DNA of 64,000 bases from Eledone cirrhosa (GCA_964016885.1 OZ024750.1:45074001-45138000); one strand, 5' to 3'; counted from the first letter of the stretch, positions 14,614-31,238 are shown. Notes: generated by a model not told the origin, from the sequence alone. Numbers and translations: made by a program.

Positions 14614-14719
14614 GTTTACCGATTGTATTTACCTTTTACATACATATATATATATATATATATACAATATAGAAATGTACAGGCTCACACTCTCGCTCAC
14701 ACTCTCTCTCTCTCTCTCA

Positions 14720-14760
<41 letters not shown>

Positions 14761-14776
14761 TCTCACTCTCTCTCTC

Positions 14777-14836
<60 letters not shown>

Positions 14837-14991
14837 CCTACATGAATATCTTATATTTTTTCTCCCCTCTCATTACTTATTGCTACGTTGTTATGCCAGG
14901 GCCATCTTGTTTTCCTTGTTGTTTCATTTGACGATTTTAACAAATATCTGTTCTTTTTTGTTTCGCCTCGTTATCATTTATTTCATATACG

Positions 14992-15037
<46 letters not shown>

Positions 15038-15153
15038 CATACGTACATACATACATATATATATATACGTATATATATATATATAAATATATATGTATAT
15101 ACATGCATAAATATATCTATCTATATATATATATAAATATATATGTATATACA

Positions 15154-15213
<60 letters not shown>

Positions 15214-15324
15214 TATAGATATATATAGATATATACATATTTCACTCTTTCTCACCTTTTCTCTCTCTCTCAATCTCTATATATGTATAATTATCTATAT
15301 ATAGGTATGTATCTAATATGCATA

Positions 15325-15381
<57 letters not shown>

Positions 15382-15931
15382 ATATATCACATATATCATG
15401 TTCATTTCTGCCTTTGAACTCCACCCCTTTTCAAACAAATACTGACTAAATACGTCTTGTTATGAACTAAAACGGAAAGAAATGAAAGCGTACGCCATTT
15501 TCTTTCCAATTTTCTTCTACATTGTGTCTTTCCCATTTCTCTCCTTATTGTACATCAGTTATGATTACTGTAATTTCCACAATTTGTAATGACTGCAACT
15601 AAACAAACCAGGTTCATACCCAGGGCGTATCTCCACCTTATTTTTCGTGTTTATATATAAACAAATATGTACGTAAATTTATATACACTTGCACACACTC
15701 GCATACAACCACACACGCATACACAGACATACGTACACACACACATGCAGAAATAAATAAATATATATATATATATATATATATATGGTTATTCATTTGA
15801 TATAACTTCCGTCTAATTCTTTTTTTCCCTTTTGATCAGTGTACCTCGATGAGAAAATATTTTTTTCTACTGATGATCATATCATTATCTTTATCATTGT
15901 ACTACCACTACTGCTGCTGCTGGTGCTACTA

Positions 15932-15996
<65 letters not shown>

Positions 15997-16064
15997 GGGA
16001 CTGTTGCTGCTGTTGTTGCTACTGCTGCCACTACTATCACTGAAATCACACTCTACATACACAG

Positions 16065-16100
<36 letters not shown>

Positions 16101-16196
16101 TATATATATTCCTATATGTATAACTACGCAGGTATGCATTTATATAATATATACATACGCATAGAACCACACAAATGCACACGCATGCACATACAC

Positions 16197-16239
<43 letters not shown>

Positions 16240-17287
16240 CATGCGTATGTGTGTATATATGTATATGTATATATCCATATTTGTATGTATACATACTTGT
16301 ACCTATATATCTCCCTATCATTGTTGTGTATACATGTATGTAGATATTTATATATGTATTTATGTATGTATATATTCATGCATGTCTGGCTGCGTATGTG
16401 TACAATTAGGTAAGTAAATAAACATTATTCTGTTGACCGACACATCTTCTTCCCTAACTAATCTTGCCTCATGCTATACAAAATTCAATGACAATTTTCG
16501 TTTGAACAATGGCTAACTCAATACACACTCCAATCTCAACGCGTAGCTCTTCTTTTAAATATATCCCGACTTTCTTTAGAACGTTTAACCTGTACATACC
16601 TTTCATTATATTTGAACACTTTGCTTTACATCAAGACCGTTTTCATTGCTTTTATTCTTTATCATTCTGTTTTATTATCTTACTTTTGGAGTGTATTAGA
16701 TGCAAGGCTATTTTGATGTTTGTTATGTACGTAAGTTTTTCTATTTTTTTTTCTTTTCCTATATTTTTATTTATCCTTACTTCTTTTTAACGGTCAGTTT
16801 CATAAGAAACGGTCAAACCCTCCTAGAAGCATTCTCCATTGTTGTTATTGTCGATTGAAAATGAATTTCTATCGCTTTCTTTCATTTTTTTCTCTCTCTC
16901 CTCCAATACATTTATCTTTAAAAGCTTTCTGTTATGTTTTATTTCGCTGCAGGGGGAGATAATCTTTCACAGATATATTATTCTTTCGCTGTTGTTTATA
17001 AACCGTTTCCGACTTTCAGAAAACATTTACTTTTTAACAAAAGCATCAATAGCTGACAATACTCAAATCTATCACTTCAAGTTCTATTAGTTCGTGGGTT
17101 ATTGTTGAACGAACGCAACAACAGAAAGGATATATGTATGTATGGGTGTATGTGTGTGTGGGTATGATGTTTATATATATATATATATATACATACATAT
17201 GTATATATATATATATATAACTCATAAACACACAGACATAAACCCCACCATATATTGTGTGTGTGTCTCTGTGTCTCTCTATATATA

Positions 17288-17391
<104 letters not shown>

Positions 17392-18429
17392 CATATTAAT
17401 AGCCTTGTTCACACATTCACATATCTATATGTATTTATTTATACAAACATCAATACGTATATTTGGACCACGTGAGCTTTCAAATATATATATGTGTGTG
17501 CAAATGTGTTCGCTTGTGTTTTCTTCTGTTTGTAATGTCTACCTATGTATTACAGCATATATCCATGTAAACTAATATCATTAAGAAGTTCACATCACAA
17601 TTAAGATATCTTTGGTTCAATTCCATTGCCTGGCAGGTTTGGCAATTGTACTTTTACATCTGGTTCAATTCGACATAAATCACGAGAGGGAAATTGAGCG
17701 GAGGAAAACAGTGTCAAATGTACTCGGTTATATTATATCTTTGTACGAACCCGAAAATCCTTAGGTAGACGTATTAGCACAGGGCGTGGCCCATTTCTCC
17801 CTGGGTCTGAAACCTATTTTATACAGAGAAGGGAAGTGAAGTATAAAATGAAGGTAAGTAAGAGAATGTAAGTGAGGGAAGAATGAAAGTGAGAAAGAGA
17901 TAAAGTGGATAATATACATATTGTATCGAACTCGAAAGGATGAAATGCAAAATTGACATCGAAAGTATTTGAACGCAGAGCACAGAGAACCCTATTACAT
18001 AAAGCCAAGCATATACGCTGATGTTCAAATGACTGAGCTAATTCGCGACCCTGATTGGCCTGTACCTGTAATTCAAAGGGCCTGCGTTGTTACATGTGTC
18101 TCAGAATTGTGCCTCAGAATTGCATATGATATTCAGTAGTTCAGCTCTACAAATATATTACACTCCCCCACACATTCTCATAGACTTGGGTCAACTGACG
18201 CCTTGTGAAATTGGGTTCAAAGAAGCTATTTGGGGAAAACCATCGGATAGAACTGTACATGGAACTGTAAACATGCCTCTCTATGATGAGCTACTGTGTC
18301 ACAACCATTTTGTTGAAGCCTCCGAATAGCCAGACACTTGCTCAATAATTTCCTAAGTAAGTTATTTGTTGAAACAATTGTAAGTCATCGTCCAAACCAA
18401 GAGACGTACATTCCGTACCCCCCCCCCCT

Positions 18430-18518
<89 letters not shown>

Positions 18519-18522
<4 letters not shown>

Positions 18523-18775
18523 ATAAAATAACAGGAGGCTGGACTTGTGTAAATCCTTGAAAGGTTTATAAGGTTATAATAAACCTTTCAAGGATTTACA
18601 CAAGTCCAGCCTCCTGTTATTTTATTATAATAATTAACTCCGTACTCGCACCACCAACTACACAAACGAAAACGGTTGAGCTGCTTTACGTTGAGTACTC
18701 TCCATATTATTACATCAAGATTGACCATACGGAATGACCAACTCTAACCAGTGGTGAACCTTCACACCTAAATAA

Positions 18776-18780
<5 letters not shown>
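18519..18780. mobile_element. Fold-back element in (TA)n: perfect 51-bp inverted arms plus a ~150-bp one-sided tail (probable PLE end)
   Basis: 18519-18569 is the reverse complement of 18579-18629; (TA)n on both sides. Confidence 0.6.
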
Positions 18781-18809
<29 letters not shown>

Positions 18810-18811
<2 letters not shown>

Positions 18812-19042
18812 GTTGTTACAGAACAGTTAATTCACCATACCGAGAACAATTGTTTCACCTTAGCAGATCCTCGTAATGGACATGATTATACGTATAACCA
18901 TGTCCATTACGAGCTGAGGATCCGCTAAGGTGAAACAATTGATCTCGGTATGGTAAACTAACTGTTCTGTAACCACTTATACCTACTCGTCCCATGGACT
19001 GAGTGCTCTACCACTACGGATATTACCTTCCAATGTACTACC
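18810..19042. mobile_element. Fold-back PLE end: ~80-bp arms containing a hammerhead, plus a one-sided tail
   Basis: Arms 18810-18890 and 18893-18978; the tail resembles 20180-20248. Confidence 0.7.
18910..18947 (+). ncRNA. Minimal type I hammerhead ribozyme (mutated)
   Basis: CGAG-CTGAGGA-TCCGCTAAGGT-GAAAC-AATT-G(A)T-CTCG. The inverted arm preserves GAAACAATTGTTCTCG (palindromic stem III, GUU site) but has lost CTGAG. Confidence 0.65.
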
Positions 19043-19054
19043 TCTCTCTCTCTA

Positions 19055-19124
<70 letters not shown>

Positions 19125-19125
19125 C

Positions 19126-19190
<65 letters not shown>

Positions 19191-19194
<4 letters not shown>

Positions 19195-19272
19195 AAAGAG
19201 GGTCTAGTAAGTTACCAGGTGCACCATAATGCAGCAGAGTACTCAATACTCAGCCGTCGGGTTCCTGATTCT

Positions 19273-19278
<6 letters not shown>
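19191..19278. mobile_element. PLE terminal relic (family X): long tail on the minus strand fused to the short end on the plus strand
   Basis: 19191-19247 is the reverse complement of the 20395-20450 tail; 19249-19278 matches 20336-20365. Confidence 0.6.
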
Positions 19279-19353
<75 letters not shown>

Positions 19354-19643
19354 TTAACAACATATCGTTTAAGATAATCCAAGTAGAGGTTATGAGTACA
19401 CTGTATCGAGGATAGTTTTAACGTTCGGCATTGTTTGACTGAACAAGAAGTTTCCCTAGATGGGTGGCCGGTTTAAATAAGCTCCTTGGCAGGCGCTTCT
19501 TGTAGTAATAATAGTGAAAGATAGATATTTGACGTAGTATAAAGAATCATGTACGAAATGTTTGTATAAATAAACATTTTGATAGTCTTGGTATGTTTCC
19601 TCGTATACATATATACATAAATACATACATAGATACATATATT

Positions 19644-19740
<97 letters not shown>

Positions 19741-19789
19741 CCATTGGTCTTTCTATTACTGATACTAACTACCGGTTGCAACTCCTGGC

Positions 19790-19895
19790 AGAAAGAACAA
19801 CGGGAAATAAAGTGGCTTGCTAAAGGACACAACGTATCACCCGGTCCTAGGATTGAACTCGCAACCTCACGATTGTAAATCCGACTCTCTACCCA
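19790..19895 (-). mobile_element. tRNA-derived SINE head (second family)
   Basis: Minus strand TGGGTAGAGAGTCGG...GAGTTCAATCCT...GTTGTGTCCTTTAGCAAGCCACTTTATT; a related body fragment lies at 23725-23845 (+). Confidence 0.6.
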
Positions 19896-20255
19896 CATGA
19901 TTCAGAAAGGATGAAATGTAAACTTGTTCTCTGTGATGTTTATCTCAGGCCCTAGAAAACTGTAAAAGGTTTCCAAAACATTGACATATATATCATGGGG
20001 CCCCCTTATCGCATCACATCTTTAAGCATTGAGCACGCTTTGCTTCAGCGAAACGCATCTAATATATTATATTATAGTTCTCTTCTCTTCTATTCTTATT
20101 ATATTTCTCCTATTTTATTCTTATGATATATACCCGCATGCTCGAGTAGGGTTCGCAAATCTTTTCTGGAACTAAGTCTACACCAAACTCGCCCTGTGGA
20201 CTAAGTGCTCTACTTACTACTGATATAACCTCCCGGTTTTTTACCACTATATATA

Positions 20256-20450
20256 TGAACAGATTCAGGAACGCCACGGCTGAGCTCCGCCCGTTTCGAC
20301 GGCTAGAACCAGATCTAGCTGTCGAAGCGATCGGAGCTCAGCCGTCGGGGTCCTGAATCTTTTCATTTTACCTAGCCTACCTACTACCACAAGTATGAGT
20401 ACCCTGGTGCGTTAACGTCCACCTGGTATCTTACCACACTCTCTTTGTTG
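20256..20450. mobile_element. Fold-back PLE end (family X): ~50-bp arms with the hammerhead 3' half, plus an ~85-bp tail
   Basis: 20256-20307 is inverted relative to 20314-20365; the arm contains CTAGCCGTC-GAAAC; flanked by TA/CA repeats. Confidence 0.65.
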
Positions 20451-20470
20451 CACACACACACACACACACA

Positions 20471-20560
<90 letters not shown>

Positions 20561-21032
20561 GATATATATATGAATATATTCACATAGGGAGAGATGGTAG
20601 AGAATGGCATATGAATACATATATACAGAGAAAAAAATAAGAGAGAAAGGGGGAAGGTATTAAAACATATATATAGAGAGAGATGTATTTTAGAGTGATA
20701 GAGAGAAAGATATATTCATATATAAATAAACATACATAATATACATAATATATATCAAGAATGCGAAAAAGAATATTAAAAAAATAATTTTATATTCAAA
20801 CAATCTTTAGATTCTTTATATAGTGGGTATCGTTCATTTCAGCGATTTTATTATTGTTTGTATGTGAAATAGTTAGCTTACTTATTTAAACATAAGATAT
20901 AGTCTACAACTATTGGCAGGAAAAATGCTTAATTCAATAAGACACGCTATTAAACGTTGTTAAGCGTTGTTAAACGTTAACGATTTTCGTTTATCGCCGT
21001 GCTGAATCACAATTGTCACATTGATTTTCTTG

Positions 21033-21076
<44 letters not shown>

Positions 21077-21179
21077 GCATACAGAGAGAGATGTACGTAT
21101 GTATAAATATATATATTTATATACTATACATACATACATCTCTCTCTCTCATATTTATGTATATACAATATATATATAC

Positions 21180-21294
<115 letters not shown>

Positions 21295-21759
21295 AATATA
21301 TATATATATATAATTATGTGTGTATATATATATACATACAAACATTTCCATATCCCAATAGTATAGGCATGCCAGTAAAAATATATTTGTATATAGATAT
21401 TTTTTGTTTTCCTGTTTTCCTTCTTCCTTCATTGTATGGTTTTCTTCTCTTCTATTCGTATCACAACTCGTATAATTGAAAGATACAGGAGAGAATCAAT
21501 ACATTTAACAAGAAATTTGTTGATGAAAATATATTATTAAGCTATATATCATTACACTGGTATTATGTGTTTGCGTCTGTTTTTACTTTATGTAATATGC
21601 ACGATTTAATATATTGATTGTCTTACTTAAGTGCTTAAAACATAGGAATATAGGAATATCTCTCTTACACTCCATCCCTCTTTCTCTCGCTCTCTATTTC
21701 TCCTTCTCTCTACACATACACATACATAAATACACAAATACACATATAGACACACATAG

Positions 21760-22013
<254 letters not shown>

Positions 22014-22125
22014 ATTTATATATTTATATCTATATATATATATGTATATATATATTTATATTTATTTATATATACATATAATATATGTATCTATACATAT
22101 ATTTAGACATACATATAATATATAC

Positions 22126-22160
<35 letters not shown>

Positions 22161-22165
22161 CATAA

Positions 22166-22212
<47 letters not shown>

Positions 22213-22245
22213 CATATATATATATATATAAATATATATATATAA

Positions 22246-22277
<32 letters not shown>

Positions 22278-22314
22278 TTATACATATATATATATAAATA
22301 TATATATATAAATA

Positions 22315-22401
<87 letters not shown>

Positions 22402-22421
22402 CTATATATATTTATATATAT

Positions 22422-22540
22422 TTGCTTAAACTTTAATCTGTTATTTTAATAAATATTTGCTCTACGGTTCTTATATATTTGATATATATTTTCCTTATCG
22501 AGCCCTCTTTGGATTTTAGTCTTCAATTTTATTATTATTA
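22422..22540 (+). mobile_element. PLE 3' tail relic (family Y)
   Basis: Near-identical to 41657-41775; embedded in (TA)n. Confidence 0.6.
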
Positions 22541-22639
22541 CTATATATTTATATATATATTTATATATATATATTTATATATATATTTATATATATATAT
22601 TTATATATATATTTATATATATATATTTATATATATATT

Positions 22640-22714
<75 letters not shown>

Positions 22715-22805
22715 TATATGTATGTCTAAATATATGTATAGATACATATATCATATGTATATATAAATAAATATACGTATAGGCATATGAATATAAGTAT
22801 ATATG

Positions 22806-22873
<68 letters not shown>

Positions 22874-22882
22874 CATACATAC

Positions 22883-22913
<31 letters not shown>

Positions 22914-22975
22914 TACATACATATATATATTTATATATATATACATATATATATATATACGTCTATATACATACC

Positions 22976-23070
<95 letters not shown>

Positions 23071-23073
23071 GTC

Positions 23074-23138
<65 letters not shown>

Positions 23139-23876
23139 AGATCGTGTGTGGTGAGGGGGGTTCTTGAGATTGATATTCACATATATGCTGTGGTATTGAT
23201 ATATTTCTACAAACATCGTAAGTTTTTATCGAATTACTCCACATGTAAACAGGTATATATATATTTAAATAGCAGAACATATAGATCTCTTGTCCGATAG
23301 ACACATATATTACATTAAATATAATCTTAATTCCTACGAACATATATAGATTTAATCAGCTTTTTATAGATTTCTTGTTTCCTTCTTCATTTACATATAA
23401 CTATCACGTATATGTATATATTTGCCATGATTTCACAAGTACATGAGAATACACATATACTTACACACACATATATACACATAAATACAAACATGCTCAA
23501 AACACATGCTTACACAGACACAGTTGTTCACAGTAAGACGCCTGTATTAGAAATATATATATGCACATAGTAAACTTTCAAAATGATGTTTTACTCAAAA
23601 TTTGGGAGATCAAGCTGACCCAACTTCCTAAATGTATGAAGAATATAATCATAATCTTATTCATGGTCAAATATACAGCGTTGTTAATCCTAGCTTTTAT
23701 GAGAAGTGTTGACCAACGCAAATTGCCATTGTGGTCTTGAGCAAGACACTTCATTTCACGTTGCCCCAGTTCACTCAGCCGTAGAAATGAGTTGCGACGT
23801 CACTGGTGCCAAGCTGTATCAGCCATTGCCTTTCCATTGGACATCATCATATATAGTGTATATATACTGTATATAT

Positions 23877-24068
23877 AATTGTTTCTACTTTTGGTACGAG
23901 GCCAGCAAATTACTCAGTGCATTACTGGTACTTTATTTTATCGACCCCGTAAGGATGAAAGGCAAAGTTAACCTCGGCGAGATTTGAACTCAGAATGGCA
24001 AAGGCCGTAACTCTATACGTCAAAGCATGGCGTCCGACCCTCTACCGATACTGCCAATCCACCGCCCT
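23877..24068 (-). mobile_element. tRNA-derived SINE
   Basis: Full-length reverse-complement match to the 1203-1394 family. Confidence 0.85.
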
Positions 24069-24467
24069 ATAAGGTTTTAAATAATGTATTGATGAATGAC
24101 AAACTGAATGTATGGTTGTAGGTAATTTGTCATTAGAAGCGTTTAGGCAATGGGGGCCCATTGTTATGAATCTAATCTAGTCTAAGATAAAGGAAACCTT
24201 GTTGTCTATCACCAACCGTAATGTACAACCAATAGATAAGACGATTAACTAAAATTTCAAACGTCACCATAGAAATAGTTTTAAGAGACAACACAAAGTT
24301 TCTATCCCTAATATTTCACACAATTTTACGATTAAACATCTTCATTTACAGACTTCTAGACATGTTTTGTGAGATATTTTCTGCTGATAATGTTGGAGAG
24401 GTTTTGGATGGTTTAAATATCACGTAGATTACACAAATAATACAGACAGGAACTTCAAGCCATTATT

Positions 24468-24660
24468 GACGGTGGATAGGCAGTATCGATAGAGCGTCAG
24501 ATTCCATGGTTGGCAGCATAGAGCCATGGCCCTTTATGTTCTGAGTTCAAATCCCACCGAGGTTAACTTTGCCTTTCATCTTTACGGTGTCGATGAAATA
24601 AAACTCCAGTAATGCACTGGGATAATTGCTGGCCTTGTGCCTAAAGTAGAAACAATTATT
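24468..24660 (+). mobile_element. tRNA-derived SINE
   Basis: Full-length match to the 1203-1394 family. Confidence 0.85.
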
Positions 24661-26629
24661 GATTCGTGGTGATATTGATGATTGTAGCGCAGTTGCCAAT
24701 GATATTGATTTAACTGAACATTTTTCCGATTATCGATTATTCTCCAACATTTTTATCTTCCTTCGGAGATGGTCGTAGGAGGGAAATAACTAAAAGGATG
24801 TTTCGCTGTAAGCCCCAAGAATTCATTGGTGCGGTCCATTCTTATTTCTGTGAGCAACAAATTATATAATTTCATATGATTATATTAATGAGAGAGAGAG
24901 AGAGAGAGAGAGAGATGGCTGTACCTGAGTACTTGGCTGCTACATTATATATACTCTCAGAAGGATGGTAGATTTGTCCTCGCTTCGTTCGAACTCAGAG
25001 AGCACAACGAACAATGTGCGGCACTCTAGCCATTGTGACAATTTGCCACTTTACTAGATTATTATGTATTGATTTCACTAAGAAAATATTACAAATTATC
25101 TCCTTTAATATTCTAACACCTTCATTAATCCCCGCCCTGGAAAGGTACTTTGTTATCGACTCCGAAATCGGTGGGATTTGAACGATATAAATAACACAAA
25201 ACCTGTTGTCCTACGCTCTAATAATTCCGTCAATTTGCCGACTATATAGAAATAATAAAATTGTCTTCTACTAGATGAAAACAGTAGCTGAACAATGATA
25301 TTATAGATAAATGTAGTTTCTGAAGATAGTCTGAAGCGTAAAAGCAAAAGGTCTAGTAGAGAACAAATAAAATATATATTTTATAGGAGTATTAAAATAT
25401 GATGGTTTAATGTAATGTACTGATATGGTAGAGAGGAAGCAATATATGATGTATGGTGACATATATATATATATATATATATAATAGAGAGAAAGGGGGG
25501 GGGGGGGTAGAGAGAGAGAGAGATTGGATCAGGAAGTTAGAGAGACTGAGGTACACGGTTAGCGATGAGAAGAAGAAGAAGAATGTCAACAAAGCCACCA
25601 ACAGCAGCAGCAGCAACAACAACAATAATGAAAGGGAGACAACCACGAAGACATTTCCGAACAATATCTAAAATAACAATATCTGCAATCAGAAAATGCT
25701 GCTATATGAATCTTTGTGGTACAAGAAAGAAAAACCTTAAATTATATTGAAAGACACAAATCAATGGAATATTGGATTATTGGAATATGTTGTAGTGTTA
25801 AAGCATAAACTAATATGTATTTGAAAATATCAAATAGGCATGAACATATCGATTTCTAACATATTGGATATTGGCGCAAGCCCACACATCTGAAAGAAAA
25901 GGAGGTGAATCGAGTTTCATTGTATTTCTGGTGGTTATTTAATCGAAGGGAAAAGCTATAAAATGTATAGTTGATAGATACTGGGATTTGAACTCGGATT
26001 ATCATAAGGCGGGATTGCATACTGCAAGATATTGTAGTCAGCACGTTGTTGTTGTTGCTATGAACCACGTTCGAACCCTAGCTAGTTCTGCATTGCCAAC
26101 CATCATACCATCCAAAATAATTACAAAGATGAGCACAAGGTCCATTTTATTAAAACATATCTAAAGTTATCAATATAATCATCATCGTCATCATCAGCAT
26201 TATCATCAACACCAATAACATCATCATAAAGTTTGTCCTCAAAACCCACCACCACCACACCCACAGACCAACACACCCACAGACCCACACACCCACACAC
26301 AACAAAACCACAGTCACATCTACACCCACACCACTTCACCACCTGTCTAGCCTACCCCGTCACATTCACCATATTTTGTCACCGCTATTGTCACCGTACA
26401 TATATTCCTATTGTCATTACAACTGCCAGTGTAGACGCCTACTTTGTCGTCTCTTCAGATTAAAGCAATTGATAGAAATACTATATAAATACACTAATAT
26501 ATTAAACAAAGTAGATTAACTGAATGTAAGTCTTACCATTCATAGCTCCATATTTAACTCAACCATACACTCTGCCCCCGCCCACCCCCGCAACTATGTG
26601 TCTGTCTGTATATAGCTATATTTTATATT

Positions 26630-26677
<48 letters not shown>

Positions 26678-26695
26678 AAGGTATATATATATACA

Positions 26696-26757
<62 letters not shown>

Positions 26758-26908
26758 GAAATACTGTTGGCTTCTAGCTTACAACAATTTCTATATTTTC
26801 ATTTATATATATATATAGGTATATATATATATACACACATAAACATATATAAGTATATATAAGAATATATATATATATATACATGCGCGCGCTCTCACAC
26901 ACACACAA

Positions 26909-26986
<78 letters not shown>

Positions 26987-27523
26987 GTATATATCTATAT
27001 GTGTGTTTGTGAATGTCGTTGTTGTGTATTAGAATGCGTGAGTATATTTCTGTGCGCTTGCGCGGATATGTATATATGTATAAATGTATATATATGTATA
27101 TATATATATATATATACATACATGTGTGTAAGTGTGTATGTGTGGGGGGGGGGAGTGTGTGTGTATACGTATATATGTTTGTGTAACTGTTTATCCCACT
27201 ATATTTTACATGCTGGCTATTATTGTCTGCTCGCCTCCTCCAGTGTAGAATCATCTGTAATACCGCCATTGACTAAGCCAGATCGCTATTTTCTATGAGG
27301 GAATTAGAAAAGAAAGATTTCACTGATTGGGAAAATCTTTCTATATTGATGCCATTGCAGATCGATATTTCTAAACAAACGGAACGAGGTGTTAATAGAA
27401 CGGTTATTTTCGTTTCATTAAAGGATATTATTCGATTCACGCAACCAGAAACAGTTTACAAAGAAGTGTTTAAAAAGAAAAACAAAAAACAAATATATAT
27501 AAATATATATATATATATGTATA

Positions 27524-27578
<55 letters not shown>

Positions 27579-27588
27579 ATATAAATAC

Positions 27589-27636
<48 letters not shown>

Positions 27637-27646
27637 ATATAAATAC

Positions 27647-27751
<105 letters not shown>

Positions 27752-27775
27752 CATATATTTATATATATATAAATA

Positions 27776-27822
<47 letters not shown>

Positions 27823-28555
27823 GTGCAGAATCATACACACAATAATACATGCAAACATAGGCATGCTTGCATGCACATACAGCATACAAATAGATATGTA
27901 TGCATGTATATATGTATGTATATATATATATGTGTGATGTTTTATGTAAAACATATTTATGTAAAACCAACTTTTAGCAGCAAAGATGCTAACTTTTGGA
28001 ATAAAGAATGCGACTGCTGGTGTTGATTTAGGGAAGCTGGAATATTATCAATGGTTGCTGATCCGCCTAACTTGAAGAACAATAATGGAAAGAAGAAAGA
28101 AGGACGGAAGGAAGGAAGAAATAAAGAAAGTAAACAGAAAGAAAGTGAATGTATTCATTCAGCCCAACCCACTGTATGATTGCTTGCTTAAATATAACTA
28201 TGTTCTGTGTTTTGACTTCTAAGCATGAGAAATAATCGTAATAAACACGAACAAGGAATATTTCCTTCCAAAACTAATATATACAAAGTGATCTATCATT
28301 GATAGAATCAATAATTACTCTGCTTATTTTGACATTCTATAGAAACATTTTGTCTTCTTAATCGCCATTTTGAATGTTTAAAGATTCACTTCTACTTGCG
28401 TAGTTTTTCTTAAAATATAACTTCTCTGATAACGCCATGTAGTTAGAACGTTTATTCGTCAATAACATAGTTCCTGGTTCGATTCAGCCCTCCCATATTT
28501 TCAACGGGTGTATACAGCCATGTCTTGAGTTGATCTAGGACTTTTCTGTGGAAAT

Positions 28556-28646
28556 TGATACATCGAAGTGGTTAACAATGATACATCGAAGTGGTTAACT
28601 ATGATACATCGAAGTGGTTAAATTGATACATCGAAGTGGTTAACTA
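28556..28646 (+). repeat. 22-23-bp tandem repeat x4 (TGATACATCGAAGTGGTTAACAA)
   Basis: Four contiguous units with no spacers. Confidence 0.9.
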
Positions 28647-30352
28647 TGCCTTTTGTTGGATGGTATATCTAATGTGTCAACCATTTTAACACAGCCATCT
28701 TGTCCATATATTTCCTTAATTGGTTACAACCTAAATCAGGAATACAGAAGACCCTAAATCCTTAGAAATTCAGTGCCATAACCTGCATATCTACATTATA
28801 CAATGGCACATCAACTTTTATATCGCAAATATCGTTTATTCTCTAATTATTTAAAATTTCTATTTGTTGTCATTTTTCTCATTACCTTTCCCGTTACTGA
28901 TCCATCTAAACTTCCATCAACATAGTGATTTCTTGCTCCTTTCTTGCAGAGAATTTTTACTTGCGCAGCCCTTTCTGATACACTTCAGCTCCATTTCTCC
29001 GGCGAAATGTCTTAATCAAGATTTAAGAAATCTTTTACTCAGATATGAAGTGATTCCATTTTTTAAAACTTTAATAAAGTAAAATAATTATCATTCATTT
29101 ATTTACCCAAAAATACACATGACAACATTAATCTGTCTATTGTTGATTTCTCCTATTAATTCTGCTTCTATAACAAGAGTTATTGTTCGGTAACCTTTAA
29201 ATTCCAGTGACAAATAGGTATATAAAATCAATATCTATTCTTATCATCAATAAACAGGCTTGTTTCAAACTTTATCTAATAGATTATACGTTTTACAGGT
29301 CACGACCCCTATTGTAACCAACAGGGAGTAAAATCATTTGAGTAGACACTTTTATTTTGTAGCTACTGTAAATGTATTTGATAAAACGTCGATGGTTGAA
29401 AGGCAAAATTCAACTATGGAGAAATTTAATGACAGAAACCTAGGGCTTCGAAATGTTTGCTATATAGCGATCTAATCTTTCTCTCTATCATCTGTGCCAA
29501 ATCCACACATGTATCATGACATCAATATATACCACTGTTATTTCAAACACGAATGCCAGCAGTATATTGATGAGAAGTCTGGAAGATATACGAGGTAGAA
29601 TTATTTAAACAACATCCAAACTATTTCTGTTCTTCTAATTGCCTACAGCAGATTTCAAACTTTATTTCATCTTCAGTAATAGAGTTCTGTTTAGATTTTC
29701 GTTTATTGTTTTCTCGGAGAAGAAATGGATAGAATTCTAAATATTTACAATAGAAATGTTCTCTTTCAACTCGGGTCAATAAGTATTTTTAATTATGTCT
29801 GGCAATAATATTAATTATTATAATTAAGTTGGTTTCTTTTAAGAAGACAACAAGCCACAGGTTTATAAGAAGGAAAGAAAATAGAACGCTCATAGCCCTA
29901 TACTTTTATGATGAGCAACGGTAAAGTTTGGGAACTGGATATGCTTCAAACGTTTATCATTTCCGCCTATGAGGATAGATAGAACTATTGGTGGGGATGT
30001 TGGCGGCCATGTTGGTGACCATGTCTATAAGGTCTAACAAGCATACAAGTACAATAACAATGACAATATCATCGGTAATATTTCGAGTTATTGTATAGTT
30101 TTAGTGGAATAACTAACAATGAGGTGGAGAAAATGTCTTGTGGTGTTTACTGATGATAATATATATATAGAGAGAGATAGAGATAGAGATAGCTAGATAG
30201 AACGATATATAGATAAATAGAGAAGGGGAGAGAGATACACGTACCACTTGCACGTACATACATAAGTGCATGCATATATACCAAAGTAGACAGGTAGATT
30301 GATCGATTATTTGTCTTACTTCTATCGATATATCTTCTTAATACATAAAAGG

Positions 30353-30433
<81 letters not shown>

Positions 30434-30944
30434 TATAAATATATATATACATATACATATAAATATATATATATATATATTTATAAATATATATATACAC
30501 TTGTGTGCGTGTGTATGTGTGCGGAAACGTAAGTGTGTATGAATGTATGTGTGAGTGAATGGTTGTCTCTCATTATGTGTATGTGATGTGGTAATAAGCA
30601 GGTATTATTTAAATATAGTTACCAATGTATTTAGCAAACGTAAGACGGATGATTATAGCTGCAAAGTTGCAAGAGTGAAAAATCAATTTGATATAAATGC
30701 AAGTGCAATTAAGTGCAGATATGTGAGCATCTAAATACAGTTGCATTTAAATGCAAACAAAATTTTAGTTTACCTTCCTAAATTTATCTTTCAAATGCAA
30801 CTATATACAGAATCATGCAAACGTCAGAGCACAGATTCACGTACATATAAGAGATTTTGAATGATATATAGAAACGCACCTACAATGAGAAATAACTATA
30901 CATACATAAATACACTCATATATATATATATATATGTACGTAAT

Positions 30945-30975
<31 letters not shown>

Positions 30976-31060
30976 GTATATATATATGTATATATATATA
31001 TATATGTATATGTATGTATATGTATATATATGAATATATATATATGTATATATATACATG

Positions 31061-31108
<48 letters not shown>

Positions 31109-31123
31109 ATATATATATTTAAG

Positions 31124-31155
<32 letters not shown>

Positions 31156-31201
31156 TACACATATATATATATATATATACACAAATACATACCTACTTAT
31201 A

Positions 31202-31238
<37 letters not shown>

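Noticed and set aside
28556-28646. CRISPR-like short repeats
   Set aside because: The units are contiguous with no spacers, the context is eukaryotic and there are no cas genes
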